The notes under the pieces were generated by a model, which ran no database searches, had not been told where the DNA came from, and was given only the letters and a program-made list of their open reading frames with translations. Source: Octopus sinensis (Eukaryota). Taken from it: DNA of 64,000 nucleotides. The DNA lies in the NCBI RefSeq assembly GCF_006345805.1, contig NC_042999.1, positions 59,892,001-59,956,000 of the forward strand, read 5' to 3'. A program made the position numbers and the translations under genes. This document shows positions 51,229 through 64,000 of the stretch, piece after piece (position 1 is the first letter of the stretch; each line of letters starts with the position of its first letter).

Positions 51229-52576
51229 ATATATATATACATATATAGACTTATTTAGACATATATATAGGCATATATATATGTGTGTGTGTATATATAT
51301 ATATATATACACATATATATATGTGTGTGTGTATATATATATATATATATACACATATATATACACACACATATATATATATACACACACACATATGTAT
51401 ACACACATATATAGGTGCATGTGTGGTTGTGTTAAGAAGCTTGTTTCTCAACCAGATGTTTCTAGGTTCAGCTCCACTGTGTGACACCTTGGGCAAGTGT
51501 CTTCTACTATAGCCTCAGGCTGACCAAAGCCTTGTGAGTGGATTAGGTAGACAGAAACTGAAAGAAGCCTGTCATATACATACAGATATACATACATACA
51601 TACATATGTTTGTGCATGTGTTTCTCCCTCACCACCGACTGACAACCAGCTATGTTGTGTTTATACCCCCATAACTTAGCGGTTCAGCAAAATATATCTG
51701 ATGGAATAAGTCCCAGGTTTTTTTTAATATATGAGTTCTGAGGTTGATTACTTTTGACTAAAATTTCTCAAGGTGGCACCTCAGCATGGCTTCAGTCTTA
51801 TGACTGAATCAAGTAGAAGGATAAATGAATACAAGGAGTGGAGGCACATGGCCTAGTGGTTAGAGCAGCGGACTCGCAGTCAAGGGATCGCGGGTTCGCA
51901 TCTCAGACCGGGGGATGTGTGTGTTTATGAGCGAAACACCTAAACTCTACGCGGGTCTGGCAGAAGGTAGTGGCGGACTTCTGCTGACTCCTTCATCACA
52001 ACTTTTTCATACTCTTTCCTCCTGCATCTTGCAGCTCATCTGTGACGGACCGGCATCCCATGCCAAGGAAACTGGTAGGGGGAGGGGACTGGAATACGAG
52101 GAAGAAGATGATCAAAGTTGACCTCGGCAAGACTTGAACTTGGAATTGTAAAGAGTCAGAACTGAATTTCGCTAGCCAATTTCCTGTCCATCGCTCTACC
52201 GGTGCTGCCATTTTCTCCTCTCACCTTCCTTTCCTCCGCCCCTGCCCCACCCGGATTCTGACTGTGCCACTTTCACTAATGCTTAAATAGATAAAAAAAA
52301 AAAAGATACAGAGGTGTGAAACACTTACAAATCAACAAAGCTGAATATGTGTGTGTGTGTGTGTGTATAAGTACATGTGTTTCAGTGCACAATTGAGTAT
52401 GTAGGTACATGTATTTGAGTGTGTGTGTGTGTAAGTGTGTGTGTGCATGTATGTGTGTGTATATGTACTGTTGTGTGTGTGTGTGCTTGTGCAGAATCAC
52501 CCAAATCATGTTGAGATGTTGAGAAAATAGAATTGATGAAAAAAAAAAAAAAGCACCAGCTTGCAGACATACATAT

Positions 52577-52607
<31 letters not shown>

Positions 52608-52899
52608 TATATACACACATACACACACACATGAATCCAAAGACAAAAACAAAGCAATAAAAAAGGAAAAGATACAAAGAAATAAGAGAAATTAACAAAG
52701 AAAGTGCTTTTACTGGAATTTTTTTTTTTTTTTTCCTTGTCTATTTCTTTTGTTTTGTTTTTCCTCTTTACACTTCTTGAAGTAAATTTTCTTTTTTCGA
52801 TAAATTTGTTTGTGGCGTCTTCTCAACATGAAATTACATGATTCTGTTCGTCTCTGATATTTCTAGTTTCACATGCCGTGTCTTTTTGCATAGTAATGG

Positions 52900-52935
52900 C
52901 AGCGGCGGCAGTGGTGGTGGGCAGGTCTGGTGGTT

Positions 52936-52974
<39 letters not shown>

Positions 52975-53770
52975 ACGGTGGTGGTGGTGGTGGTGGTGGG
53001 GGGGTCTGGTGGTTGTAGTAGTAGTAACAGTGGTGGTGGTGGTGGTGGTGGGGTCTGGTGGTTGTAGTAGTAGTAGTAACAGTGGTGGTGGTGGTGGGTG
53101 TCTGGTGGTTGTAGTAGTAGTAGTAACAGTGGTGGTGGTGGTGGTGGTGGTGGTGGGGTCTGGTGGTTGTAGTAGTAGTAGTAACAGTGGTGGTGGTGGT
53201 GGGGGTCTGGTGGTTGTAGTAGTAGTAGTAACAGTGGTGGTGGTGGTGGTGGTGGTGGGGTCTGGTGGTTGTAGTAGTAGTAGTAACAGTGGTGGTAGAA
53301 GCAGTGGTGGTGGGGGTCTGGTGGTTGTAGTAGTAGTAGTAACAGTGGTGGTAGAAGCAGTGGTAGTGGTGGTGGGGTCTGGTGGTTGTAGTAGTAGTAA
53401 CAGTGGTGGTAGAAGTAGTGGTGGTGATGGTGGGGTTCTGGTGGTTATAGTAGTAGTAACAGTGGTGGTAGAAGTAGTGGTGGTGGGGGAGTCTGGTGGT
53501 TGTTGTTGTAGTAGTAGTAGTAACAGTGGTGGTAGAAGCAGTGTTGATGCTGGTGGTAGTAATTGCAGTGGTGGCTTTTGCAGCAGTAGTAGTGGTGGTG
53601 GTGGTGGTCTGGTGGTTGTAGTAGTAGTAGTAACAGTGGTGGTAGAAGCAGTGTTGATGCTGGTGGTAGTAATTGCACTGGTGGCTTTTACAGTAGTGGC
53701 GGTGGTGGTGGTGGTGGTGGCAGTGGTGATGGTGGTGGTGGTGGTGGTGCTAGTACTAATAATAGTAACA
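52900..53770. repeat. Compound (GGT)n/(AGT)n minisatellite, 12 anchor-containing units of ~45-60 bp
   Basis: The anchor gtctggtggttgtagtag recurs 12 times between 52925 and 53620. Confidence 0.9.
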
Positions 53771-56030
53771 ATTTATTTCTCAAGATGTAATAATGGCTAC
53801 ACACTGCAATCTCCTTCCCTCCTTCTCTCTCTCTCTCTCTCTAAATGCTAATGTTATGTCCAGTGAAGTGGTAGATATTTTTTTTTATGCAACACGTTAC
53901 ATACACTCAACAAGCAACAGCTAAGTGCACATATATGCAAGGTAAAATAAAATAAAATAAAAATGAGAAAAAATAATGCAAAAACTAGAAGTGGTTGGAG
54001 AGCACAAATGACACTCCCCCACTACCACCACCACCACCACCACCACCACCTAGGCTGGAACCTAAACCAAAACGATGAATAATAATTATATAGAGAGGCA
54101 CCAGATTCGTTTATTACATATCATTTATTACTGTTGGCACAATAAAACCATCCAAATGGTACTCTGAAACAGCTTATGTGCTCTCAGAACAATAGAACAC
54201 CATACAAATAATTTGTGGTGATCAGAAAGCATTGATAATGATGATGGTGATGATGATGGTGATGATGATGATATTGATGTTGATGACAATGGTGGTGATG
54301 GTGAGGATGATGGTGATGATGATGATATTGATGTTGATGATGATGATATTGATGTTGATGACAATGGTGGTGATGATGTTATTGATGATGATGATGATGA
54401 CAATGATGGTGATCATGAGGGTGATGATAATGATATTGATGTTGATGACAATGCCGGTGATGATGTTATTGATGATGATGATGATGATGATGATAACGAT
54501 GATGGTGATGATGTTGATGACAATGGTGGTGATGATGTTATTGATGACGATGGTGGTGACGAGCATCGCGGTCACGATGACAACAGTGGCGATGATTTCA
54601 ATTGATTATACTATGTGTGTTTGATTAAACAAATTGCGTCAGCTGGAATGATTATCCTTATCATTGCCATCATCATCATCATCGTCGTCGTCGTCATTGT
54701 CGTGATTGTCATTGTCATCATCATCATTAAAATCATCATCATCATCATCATCACCATTGTCGTAGTCGTCGCCGATGCTGTTATTACTCTCTTCTTTCTG
54801 TTTCTTGGTGTTTTATTTTCCTCCCTTTCTGATGCCTCCCTCTCTGCCTCTTCTTTTCTCACTTCCATCTCTTCTTCCCTTTTTCCTCCTCTCCCACCAC
54901 CCCTCTCCTTCCCCCCCATCCCTGTCCCTTGAGGGAAAACAAAGGCAAAGCGAGTTAACTTAATTACCTTATTCCTTATGTACGTTTCAGTAAGACATGT
55001 TAAGCGAAGCCCTACAAGTTACACATCTTCAGAAGAGAAAAATAACGAAATAGGTGTACATTATGTTGTGTGTGTGTGTGTGTGTGTGAATCATCATCAT
55101 CATCATCAAAGCCTTGTGAGTGAATTTCGTATATGGAATATATATATATATTCTTTTATTCTTTTATTCTTTTACTTGTTTCATTTGACTGCAGCCATGA
55201 TGGAGCACAACTTTTGGGCAGAAACGTTAGTACGCCGGGTGAAATGCTTAGCAGTATTTCATCTGTCTTCACGTTCTGAGTTCAAATTCCGCCGAGGTCC
55301 ACTTTGCCTTTCATCCTTTCGGGGTCGATTAAATAAGTACCAGTTACGCACTGGGGTCGATATAATCGACTTAAATCCATTTGTCTGTCCTTGTTTGTCC
55401 CCTCTGTGTTTAGCTCCTTGTGGATAGTAAAGAAATAGGTATTTCATCTGCTGTTACGTTCTGAGTTCAAATTCTGCCGAGGTCGACTTTGCTTTTCATC
55501 CTGTTGGGGTCGATTAAATAAGTACCAGTTCCACACTGGGGTCGATATAATCGACGTAATCCATTTGTCTGACCTTGTTTGTCCCCTCTGTGTAGCCCCC
55601 TGTGGGCAGTAAAGATGTAAGAAAATTTATTCACCTTTTTCTATCCAAACGGGTTTCTTCACGCCAACACTTACATTCTTATTATTTATGGCATACGCAT
55701 ATTGTTAGCACACCAGGTGAAATGCTTAGCGGTATTTTGCCCATCACTACATTCTGAATTCAAATTCCACCAAGGTTGACGTTACCTTTCATCCTTTCAG
55801 GGTTGATAAATTAAGTACCAGTTGCATACTGGGGTTCAATCTAATCGACTAGTCTCCTGACCCCCAAATTTCAGGTGTTGTGTCTATAGTAGTAAAAAGG
55901 ATTATTTATGGCATTAGGTGCACTTAGAGATCCCCTGTTCCCAAAACATAAATTATTTACAAATTATTTCATTTCGTTTTTGGATTTGGTTTGCAAGATT
56001 CTTTATATGAGTTCGTGTGTTGAAGCATAT

Positions 56031-56226
56031 TTTGTTATGTCTGGGGAGAGTCATTTTCTTTTTGTGCCTTATTAAATAACGGACAGAGTCAAAACTATTG
56101 AAAAGGTTGCAAGACGCAACGAAAATTTTAGGACAATAAAACTAAGAAAAAAAGTGGAAATTTTACCGGTGAGTGTGTTAAATAATAATGCACAAAAAGA
56201 AACTGACTCTCCCCAGACACAACAAA
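56031..56226. repeat. Inverted repeat with 44-bp arms (56031-56074 / 56183-56226)
   Basis: tttgttatgtctggggagagtcattttctttttgtgccttatta versus its reverse complement, 3 mismatches. Confidence 0.85.
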
Positions 56227-56376
56227 TTATTTCATGTTCTCTCAAAAGTTTATAAATTTTTATCATGTCGGCAAATATGTTTGTATGAAATTGTATGTTA
56301 ATAAAATGATGAGACAGTGACTAAAGTTTCTTTTTTTTTTTTTTTTTTTTTCTCATTCCACCTTTCTCTTTTTCAG

Positions 56377-56499
56377 ACAATCAGTGGTAATGGCACCAGT
56401 TCCAAATGTTGGTTTGACCCCGCTGTGTGTTCGTTCCGATCAATCAGCACGGCATACAGTCCTTTGCCCCCAGTAGAAGAACCATCTTGTGCTTACTGA
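56377..56499 (+). CDS. Candidate terminal exon (TISGNG...EPSCAY* or QSVVMAPVP...RHTVLCPQ*), followed by AT-rich 3'UTR-like DNA
   Basis: Very strong acceptor (T-run, ctcattccacctttctctttttcag); complex non-repetitive sequence ending in stops; no clear donor. Confidence 0.45.
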   Translation, partial: TISGNGTSSKCWFDPAVCSFRSISTAYSPLPPVEEPSCAY

Positions 56500-57046
56500 A
56501 GAACACCAGATGGATTATCTTGTAACTTGCTGCTGCTGCTGCCACTGCTGCTGCTGCCACTGATGCTTTACTGACTGAGAGTGTTTCAAACCAAGGATCA
56601 AGGCTGAAGGGATCATTGATCATTGTGACCAGTTTTTATGTAAAGGGGGTGGGAAGGGGAAGAAGTGTATGTGCGGGGGGTGGGGGTGTTTTGGAGGGTT
56701 TGGTTTGGGGTGATGATTGGAAAGGCGATAATGAGGATGAATATGAGGAAGGAGGTGATGGAGGAGAGGGTAGTGTAATTTATGTCTTCAAAGGTGAAGG
56801 TGTAGCTACCCTCCTCTTATGTCAAAGGTGTATACTCCTGAGAAGAAATGAGAAAAGAAAGGAAGGAGGAAAGAATGAAAAGAAAATACCTCTGCAAGTT
56901 ACTACTGCTACTACTAATACTTATTGCCTGTAGTAGTAATCTTATCATTATTATTATTGTTAGTAGTAGTAACTATTATTTGCTGACTTTGACCTAAATT
57001 CAAGAACAATAATTGAGACAAAGGACTTAAAGATAAGTGTATATAA

Positions 57047-57125
<79 letters not shown>

Positions 57126-57306
57126 ATATATATATATATATATATATCATAATTATAATATAAATATATGTGTATGTGTTTCCAAATGAGGGAAATGACA
57201 TGTCCAATACAAACTGATTGATCAGAATATATATACATATACATGCATATTACACACACACACTAACACATTTACACATACTCAAATATGTATGCACATA
57301 TACATA

Positions 57307-57346
<40 letters not shown>

Positions 57347-57667
57347 TTGTATGAATGTGCTATCAAGAGCCATAACGCCCACCCACTTACCTACACTATA
57401 CAAAAAGAAAAAAATTGAAGAAAACTTTAAAATTTAGGCTGTGTAAAAAGTATGAGGGGGAAAAGAAAGAGAGAGAAAAGAAGGAGAAGGAAACAGATGG
57501 AGAGTACAGTGAGAAGTGGGGAGAGGAGAAGGAAAGAAAAAAAGTTTTAAATTAAACAAGGGGGACAAATCAAATATAAAGTGATATCTTTGTGAAACCT
57601 GGCTATTTAGCTCTCTTTCATTCGACTTCTATGCGTACATATATAATTAAATATGTGGAGAAGTATG

Positions 57668-57720
<53 letters not shown>

Positions 57721-58003
57721 GTATGTATGCATGTATGTATGTGTGTATATATTTATGTTTGTCATATCTAAAGGTAAACAGGATAGAATACCGTAATCAA
57801 GGACCATTTCATTCAGTTGGCCTTTTTTGGTCAACTCCACTCATAAACTGAATGAGAGAAAAAAATTTGCGTTACATATGACAAACATATATATATATAT
57901 GTAATTTACTACCATGCACACTAACTCAAGGCTGTAACAACCACTTTTATGTTTTTTATACCATGAAATGAAGAATATATATATACATATATAAGGTAAT
58001 GTT

Positions 58004-58041
<38 letters not shown>

Positions 58042-58199
58042 TAAACATTACCTTTTGGTATTAATATTGCTTCTATCGCTTTAATAATTATATATATATA
58101 TATATGTGTGTGTATGTGTATGTATGTGTATATGTGTATGTATGTGTATATATGTATGTGTATATATATGTATATATGTATGTGTATATATATATATAT

Positions 58200-58234
58200 G
58201 TCTGTGTGTGTATGTATGTGTGTGTGTATCTGTG

Positions 58235-58323
<89 letters not shown>

Positions 58324-58410
58324 ATATATATGCACAAAAAGAGATTGACAGGTAGAGAGCTGACCTTAGTATCCCATGTTCTTTAATGTAATGTATTACC
58401 TTTTTACAGT

Positions 58411-58441
<31 letters not shown>

Positions 58442-59164
58442 TGAAATTATGAAAACTTCAGTATCATGTGTGTGTTAGTATATGGTATTTTGTCTGTACT
58501 TAAGTTTGCCTACATGGTGTGTATAAATAAATGATGGATATATACATGTGTGTGTGCAGACACACTCACACACACACACACACGATTATGTACTAGATGC
58601 CACAATAATATTGCCTAGATTTACTGCTGCAGCAATGCAGAGTTTGAGAGTAGTATTAAATTTGCATAAATACAAAAAACAGATAGGTGATACCTGATTT
58701 TAAAATCAAGCATTCTTTTGAGACCACCCTCTGTGTCTGTGTGTATTTGTGTGTGGCATGTTTGCTGTAATTATGCACTGTATGTAAAGAATCACAATTA
58801 AAAACAAGAGAACAAGGCTCTCTCTTTAATTTTGCGAATGAACATACATGTAACTCACAAAACAGTATCTTTAACATCAAAATAAAATATACATAGCATA
58901 GAAATTATTAAAGCTATAACAAAAGCATACAGAAATGCTGTTCTCAGCTATGGTATTTGGGTAAAAGGGTAAAGCATCAAAATATCTCCTATGAGCTAGG
59001 ATTGGGCTGGGCTAAACTGTTATGTCAATTGTGTATGTCTCTAGGTTGTAGTTTTACAAATGTGTCAACACAAAAGATATAGACCTATATATATATATAT
59101 ATATATAATATATATATATAATATATATATGTCTGTGTGTGTATGTATGTGGTGTGTATCTGTG

Positions 59165-59225
<61 letters not shown>

Positions 59226-59993
59226 TATATATATATATATGATGATATATATGCACAAAAAGAGATTGACAGGTAGAGAGCTGACCTTAGTATCCCATGT
59301 TCTTTAATGTAATGTATTACCTTTTTACAGTAAACAGAGAGAGAGAGAGATGAAATTATGAAAACTTCAGTATCATGTGTGTGTTAGTATATGGTATTTT
59401 GTCTGTACTTAAGTTTGCCTACATGGTGTGTATAAATAAATGATGGATATATACATGTGTGTGTGCAGACACACTCACACACACACACACACGATTATGT
59501 ACTAGATGCCACAATAATATTGCCTAGATTTACTGCTGCAGCAATGCAGAGTTTGAGAGTAGTATTAAATTTGCATAAATACAAAAAACAGATAGGTGAT
59601 ACCTGATTTTAAAATCAAGCATTCTTTTGAGACCACCCTCTGTGTCTGTGTGTATTTGTGTGTGGCATGTTTGCTGTAATTATGCACTGTATGTAAAGAA
59701 TCACAATTAAAAACAAGAGAACAAAGGCTCTCTCTTTAATTTTGCGAATGAACATACATGTAACTCACAAAACAGTATCTTTAACATCAAAATAAAATAT
59801 ACATAGCATAGAAATTATTAAAGCTATAACAAAAGCATACAGAAATGCTGTTCTCAGCTATGGTATTTGGGTAAAAGGGTAAAGCATCAAAATATCTCCT
59901 ATGAGCTAGGATTGGGCTGGGCTAAACTGTTATGTCAATTGTGTATGTCTCTAGGTTGTAGTTTTACAAATGTGTCAACACAAAAGATATAGA

Positions 59994-59995
<2 letters not shown>
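58200..59995. repeat. Near-identical tandem duplication (58200-59085 / 59131-59995)
   Basis: The copies differ essentially only in microsatellite length and single-base indels; junctions lie in (TA)n. Confidence 0.95.
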
Positions 59996-60032
<37 letters not shown>

Positions 60033-60039
<7 letters not shown>

Positions 60040-60454
60040 CATATATATTTGTTTGTTTATTTATAGATAGATACATGCATACATTCGTGCACACATCTAA
60101 GCATATATACATGCATATAGAACACCCTGCACACATTCATGCACATATATCCATTGTGTGTTTGGCGTGAGTGCAGATATTTTGTGAATTTTCAAAATGG
60201 CATTTATTCCTTTGAAAAATAAAAATAAAAATGAATGAAAAATGAAAAAATTGAAATAATTTTTCCCCCCACTTCCCTAATTGTAAAAAAAAAACAAAGA
60301 AAAGAAAGAAGAGAAAAAAGACGCATAGCAAACTATCCCCCATTCACCTTCCTGCACCACTCTTTTTTTTTTTTTCAATTTTTTTTTTTACTCATAAGAA
60401 AGCAATTTGAAATAAAAATATATAAATAAATAAAAAATATATATATACATATAC

Positions 60455-60485
<31 letters not shown>

Positions 60486-60927
60486 ATATATTATATATAT
60501 ATATGTATGTACATATATATTGTTTGTTTATTTATAGATAGATACATGCATACATTCGTGCACACATCTAAGCATATATACATGCATATAGAACACCCTG
60601 CACACATTCATGCACATATATCCATTGTGTGTTTGGCGTGAGTGCAGATATTTTGTGAATTTTCAAAATGGCATTTATTCCTTTGAAAAATAAAAATAAA
60701 AATGAATGAAAAATGAAAAAATTGAAATAATTTTTCCCCCCACTTCCCTAATTGTAAAAAAAAAACAAAGAAAAGAAAGAAGAGAAAAAAGACGCATAGC
60801 AAACTATCCCCCATTCACCTTCCTGCACCACTCTTTTTTTTTTTTTCAATTTTTTTTTTTACTCATAAGAAAGCAATTTGAAATAAAAATATATAAATAA
60901 ATAAAAAATATATATATACATATACAT

Positions 60928-60928
<1 letters not shown>
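60033..60928. repeat. Second near-identical tandem duplication, period ~471 bp
   Basis: Identical track ORFs at 60137/60608 and 60235/60706; junction in (TA)n. Confidence 0.95.
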
Positions 60929-60972
<44 letters not shown>

Positions 60973-61056
60973 GACTATAAAAATAATATACAAAATATAT
61001 TAAAAATTGAGATAATAAATATATTAAATTATATGGTTTAAAATTCTCTCTGTTTA

Positions 61057-61089
<33 letters not shown>

Positions 61090-61742
61090 TATAATGATGA
61101 TGATGATGATTAATCAGAGATACAGACATACAATGTGTAATGACATAAAGTAAAAAAAAAAAAAGAAAGAAAGAAAGTTTAATTGCTGAAATTGTATTAT
61201 TGATGCACTGTAGCATTTTATACAGATGTTTATTGATTTGTATTAACACTGAATGAATAACTATTCTAGCTGTGAGGTGGGGATGGGAGGGTTGGGGAGA
61301 AGAAAAACAAAAGAGAAGAATTAGGTATATAAACTGCCCCTCCCTTGTTTGAATTGAAGCCAAAAACAAACAAACAAAAAAAAAATGATAGAAAGAAATA
61401 AAGGAAGAAAGGACCAGATAACTTTGAAATTACTGGAGAACAAAGAGATTTTGAATTGAGATAAATGAAAACAGAAATTGGTAACACTTCATTTCTGTTT
61501 ATCAGCAGAGTGCAGAGATAAGCTGCTCCCCCCACCCCACCCCCGTTTGTATTTCCTTCATTGTCTAGGAAAACTTAACTCTTGTTGTGTTATTGTTGTT
61601 ATTTTTGTTGATTAGAGTCTTCCCCCCACCCCACCCCGCTGTCACTGTCTCCCCAGGTCAGGCTTGATCCAGCCAACCTAGTTTCAAAGGCATTTCCTTT
61701 TCTGTTTGTTTGGATGTTTGTTTGTTTTTTTTTTAATCTGTT

Positions 61743-61784
<42 letters not shown>

Positions 61785-64000
61785 CACACACCTCAGACAT
61801 AGCCTATCAGTGATTTTTATTATCCCCTGTGTGTCTATTTACTGCTATATGCTATCTGAATTTGACAGAACTAACTACTGTTTCTAACAACAGCTCAAGT
61901 TACCACTTAATGGCTCATTGTCACTTGTGTTGTTGTTGTTGTTGTTGTATTTGCTGTTATTTAACCCCAGTTCAACTTTAATCAGGCGGATCTAGGATCA
62001 AAAGAATTCCAGCTGTGTTGATAGCCCTTTCAGACACAATGTTAAGCAATGTATTTGTCTGTTTTCCTGAAACAGTGAGGCTCAATTCAAGGGAGGGTTA
62101 GTCACTTTTCTATTTCTAGAATTTTACTGCTTATTTCTCTCAGATCAAGCAATCATGTACAGAGCCCACTCCTTTTTTTTTTCTTTTTTCTTTTTTTTTT
62201 TTCACTGCTGGTTTTCATTCCTTGCAACCTCTTGGAGAGACAAGGAATATGATATGAGAAGAATCTCATAAACTGTTTTGTAAAATATATATCAGTGCAA
62301 CTCTCTGTAACTGGTTGAAACTTAAGTCACAGTTCCACTGACTCCAACTTGATCTCATTTATAAAAGTGATATATATATGTATGTGTGTATGTATGTATG
62401 TATGTATGTATGTATATATGAAGAGAGTGGAGAGCAAGAGAGTGAGTGCATGAACAAATGAAAGAAGGTAGCACTGAACACATTTGGTTGGAGTCATATG
62501 TACATAATAACAGTTTTGACTCGACGTTTCACATAGGGCACATCCACCTTGTCAGTTGTTCAAAGACAGAGGGGAGAGTTTAAAAGAAATTCTAAATGGT
62601 TTCTAGGTGTTTAAGCCTCTATTGCTTAGCTACAGTCAAGTGGTTGTAATGCTATCAAAATAGTTGTTTTTTTATTATTAGTTCCTTGAGTTGATGACAG
62701 GCTACACTGTGGTATAAATTCCGCCTTCTGAGTTCAAATTCCGCTGAGGTCAACTTTGTCTTTCATCCTTTTGGGGTTGATTAAATAAGTACCAGTTACG
62801 CACTGGGGTCGATGTAATCAACTTAATCCGTGTGTCTGTCCTTGTTTGTCCCCTCTGTGTTTAGCCCCTTGTGGGTAGTAAAGAAATAGTTATATATATA
62901 TATTTAATATATGTACATATGTGTATATATATATATATAATATATGTATGTATATGTTTCTATGTTTGTATATATGTATATTTGTATATATAGATATATT
63001 TGTATGTATGTATATATATATATGGATACATGTGTATATGTATGCACAGACAAATTTATATATATATATATATATATATATATGCATGCACATATATGTG
63101 TTGGAGTTGTACTTGCTTGAGGGAGACTGTGTAGCCGAATAGTTAAGAAGTTTGCTTCAGATTCATGAAGTCCTATCCTAGGTTCAATATCACCATATGG
63201 CATCTTGGTAGCCAGAAACTGTGCTGAAACCCAACAGATAGATTGTAAATGTAATTCAAAGCTACGGCATTGTCACACCTTGTGTCATGCCAATTCTGCT
63301 TGAGAATTAAGTGAAGTGTATATGCGTCTGTGAAATGGTCAGACAAGTGAGTATTAAACATCAAAACTAATTAGATGATATTGTTGTTTGGTAATTGACC
63401 AGATCTGAGGCAGTGCTTTTGAAACTGAGATACTTATATCATTAAAGCATTAACATAAATTACTTTTCTGCAATGGATTAATAGATTTCTCAGAATCACT
63501 CCTATGCCTTTTTATTATTATTGGTTGGAGGTTCCATGTGTTTTTGGTTAAACTAAACAAACTAAAGGATTGAAAGTAAAAAACAAATTATTATTATTAT
63601 TATTATTATTTTTATTTTTATTATTAAGCCAGATAAAATGCTTCACAACATGTCTTCTGGTTGGTTTTACATTCTGAGTTCAAATTCCATTGTGGTTAAA
63701 TTGCCTTTCATCCTTTCAGGGCCAATAAAATAAGTACCAGTTGACTACCCAGGGTCAATGTTATCAAGAAGTCCCCTACCCACAAAATTTCCCACCATGT
63801 TCCTAGAGTAGAGAAAATTATTATTGTTATTATTAAGGTGCCAAACTATCGGAAACATTACCATGCCAGACAAAAGACCTCACAGCATGTCATCCATCCT
63901 TACATTATGAGTTCAAATTAAGCTACAGTTGACTTTACCTTTCATCTTTTAGGGGTCGATAAGTACTAGTCAAGGTGTGGAGTCAGTGTATCCCCCCAAA

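Noticed and set aside
51229-51420. N-terminal extension of the 734-aa LINE ORF
   Set aside because: Flanking TA/CA microsatellite in frame by chance; the element is 5'-truncated within APE.
53009-53851. 280-aa V/G/S-rich ORF
   Set aside because: Translation of the GGT/AGT minisatellite.
54990-55035. Minus-strand CTGAAGA...GAAACGTA
   Set aside because: Stem I does not pair next to the cleavage site and the base of stem II is irregular.
62516-62563. Minus-strand CTGACAA...GAAACGTC hammerhead-like string
   Set aside because: G8 is lost, and stems I and II pair poorly; possibly a very old relic.

Overview
Eukaryotic, AT-rich, microsatellite-dense DNA. The SINE/LINE repertoire looks like Octopus (coleoid cephalopod); this is inferred from recognising repeat families, not from a search. 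No bacterial-type features, CRISPR, rRNA or intact host tRNA were seen. Almost all ORFs in the supplied track are artefacts of (TA)n, (CA)n, (CAT)n, (AAT)n and CT-rich tracts. Supported features: (1) a young, 5'-truncated, twice-frameshifted RTE-clade LINE (47441-51228, minus) with APE and RT domains, a C4HC3 PHD-type finger inside the RT C-terminal region, and a modular tandem 3'UTR; (2) many 3' fragments of that family; (3) relics of other RTE, L1/Tx1, R4/Dong, mariner, pogo-like, piggyBac-like and Helentron/DINE-like elements; (4) dozens of tRNA-derived SINEs of at least four families; (5) a few plus-strand exon candidates of an unidentified long-intron gene; (6) two near-identical tandem duplications at 58.2-60.9 kb. 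Main result of the hunt: four distinct families of Penelope-type minimal hammerhead ribozymes (five cores). Two families sit in fold-back structures, and one is fused behind a Pol III tRNA-like head, giving a SINE-plus-hammerhead chimera. All alignments and folds were done by eye, so boundaries are approximate to a few bases.
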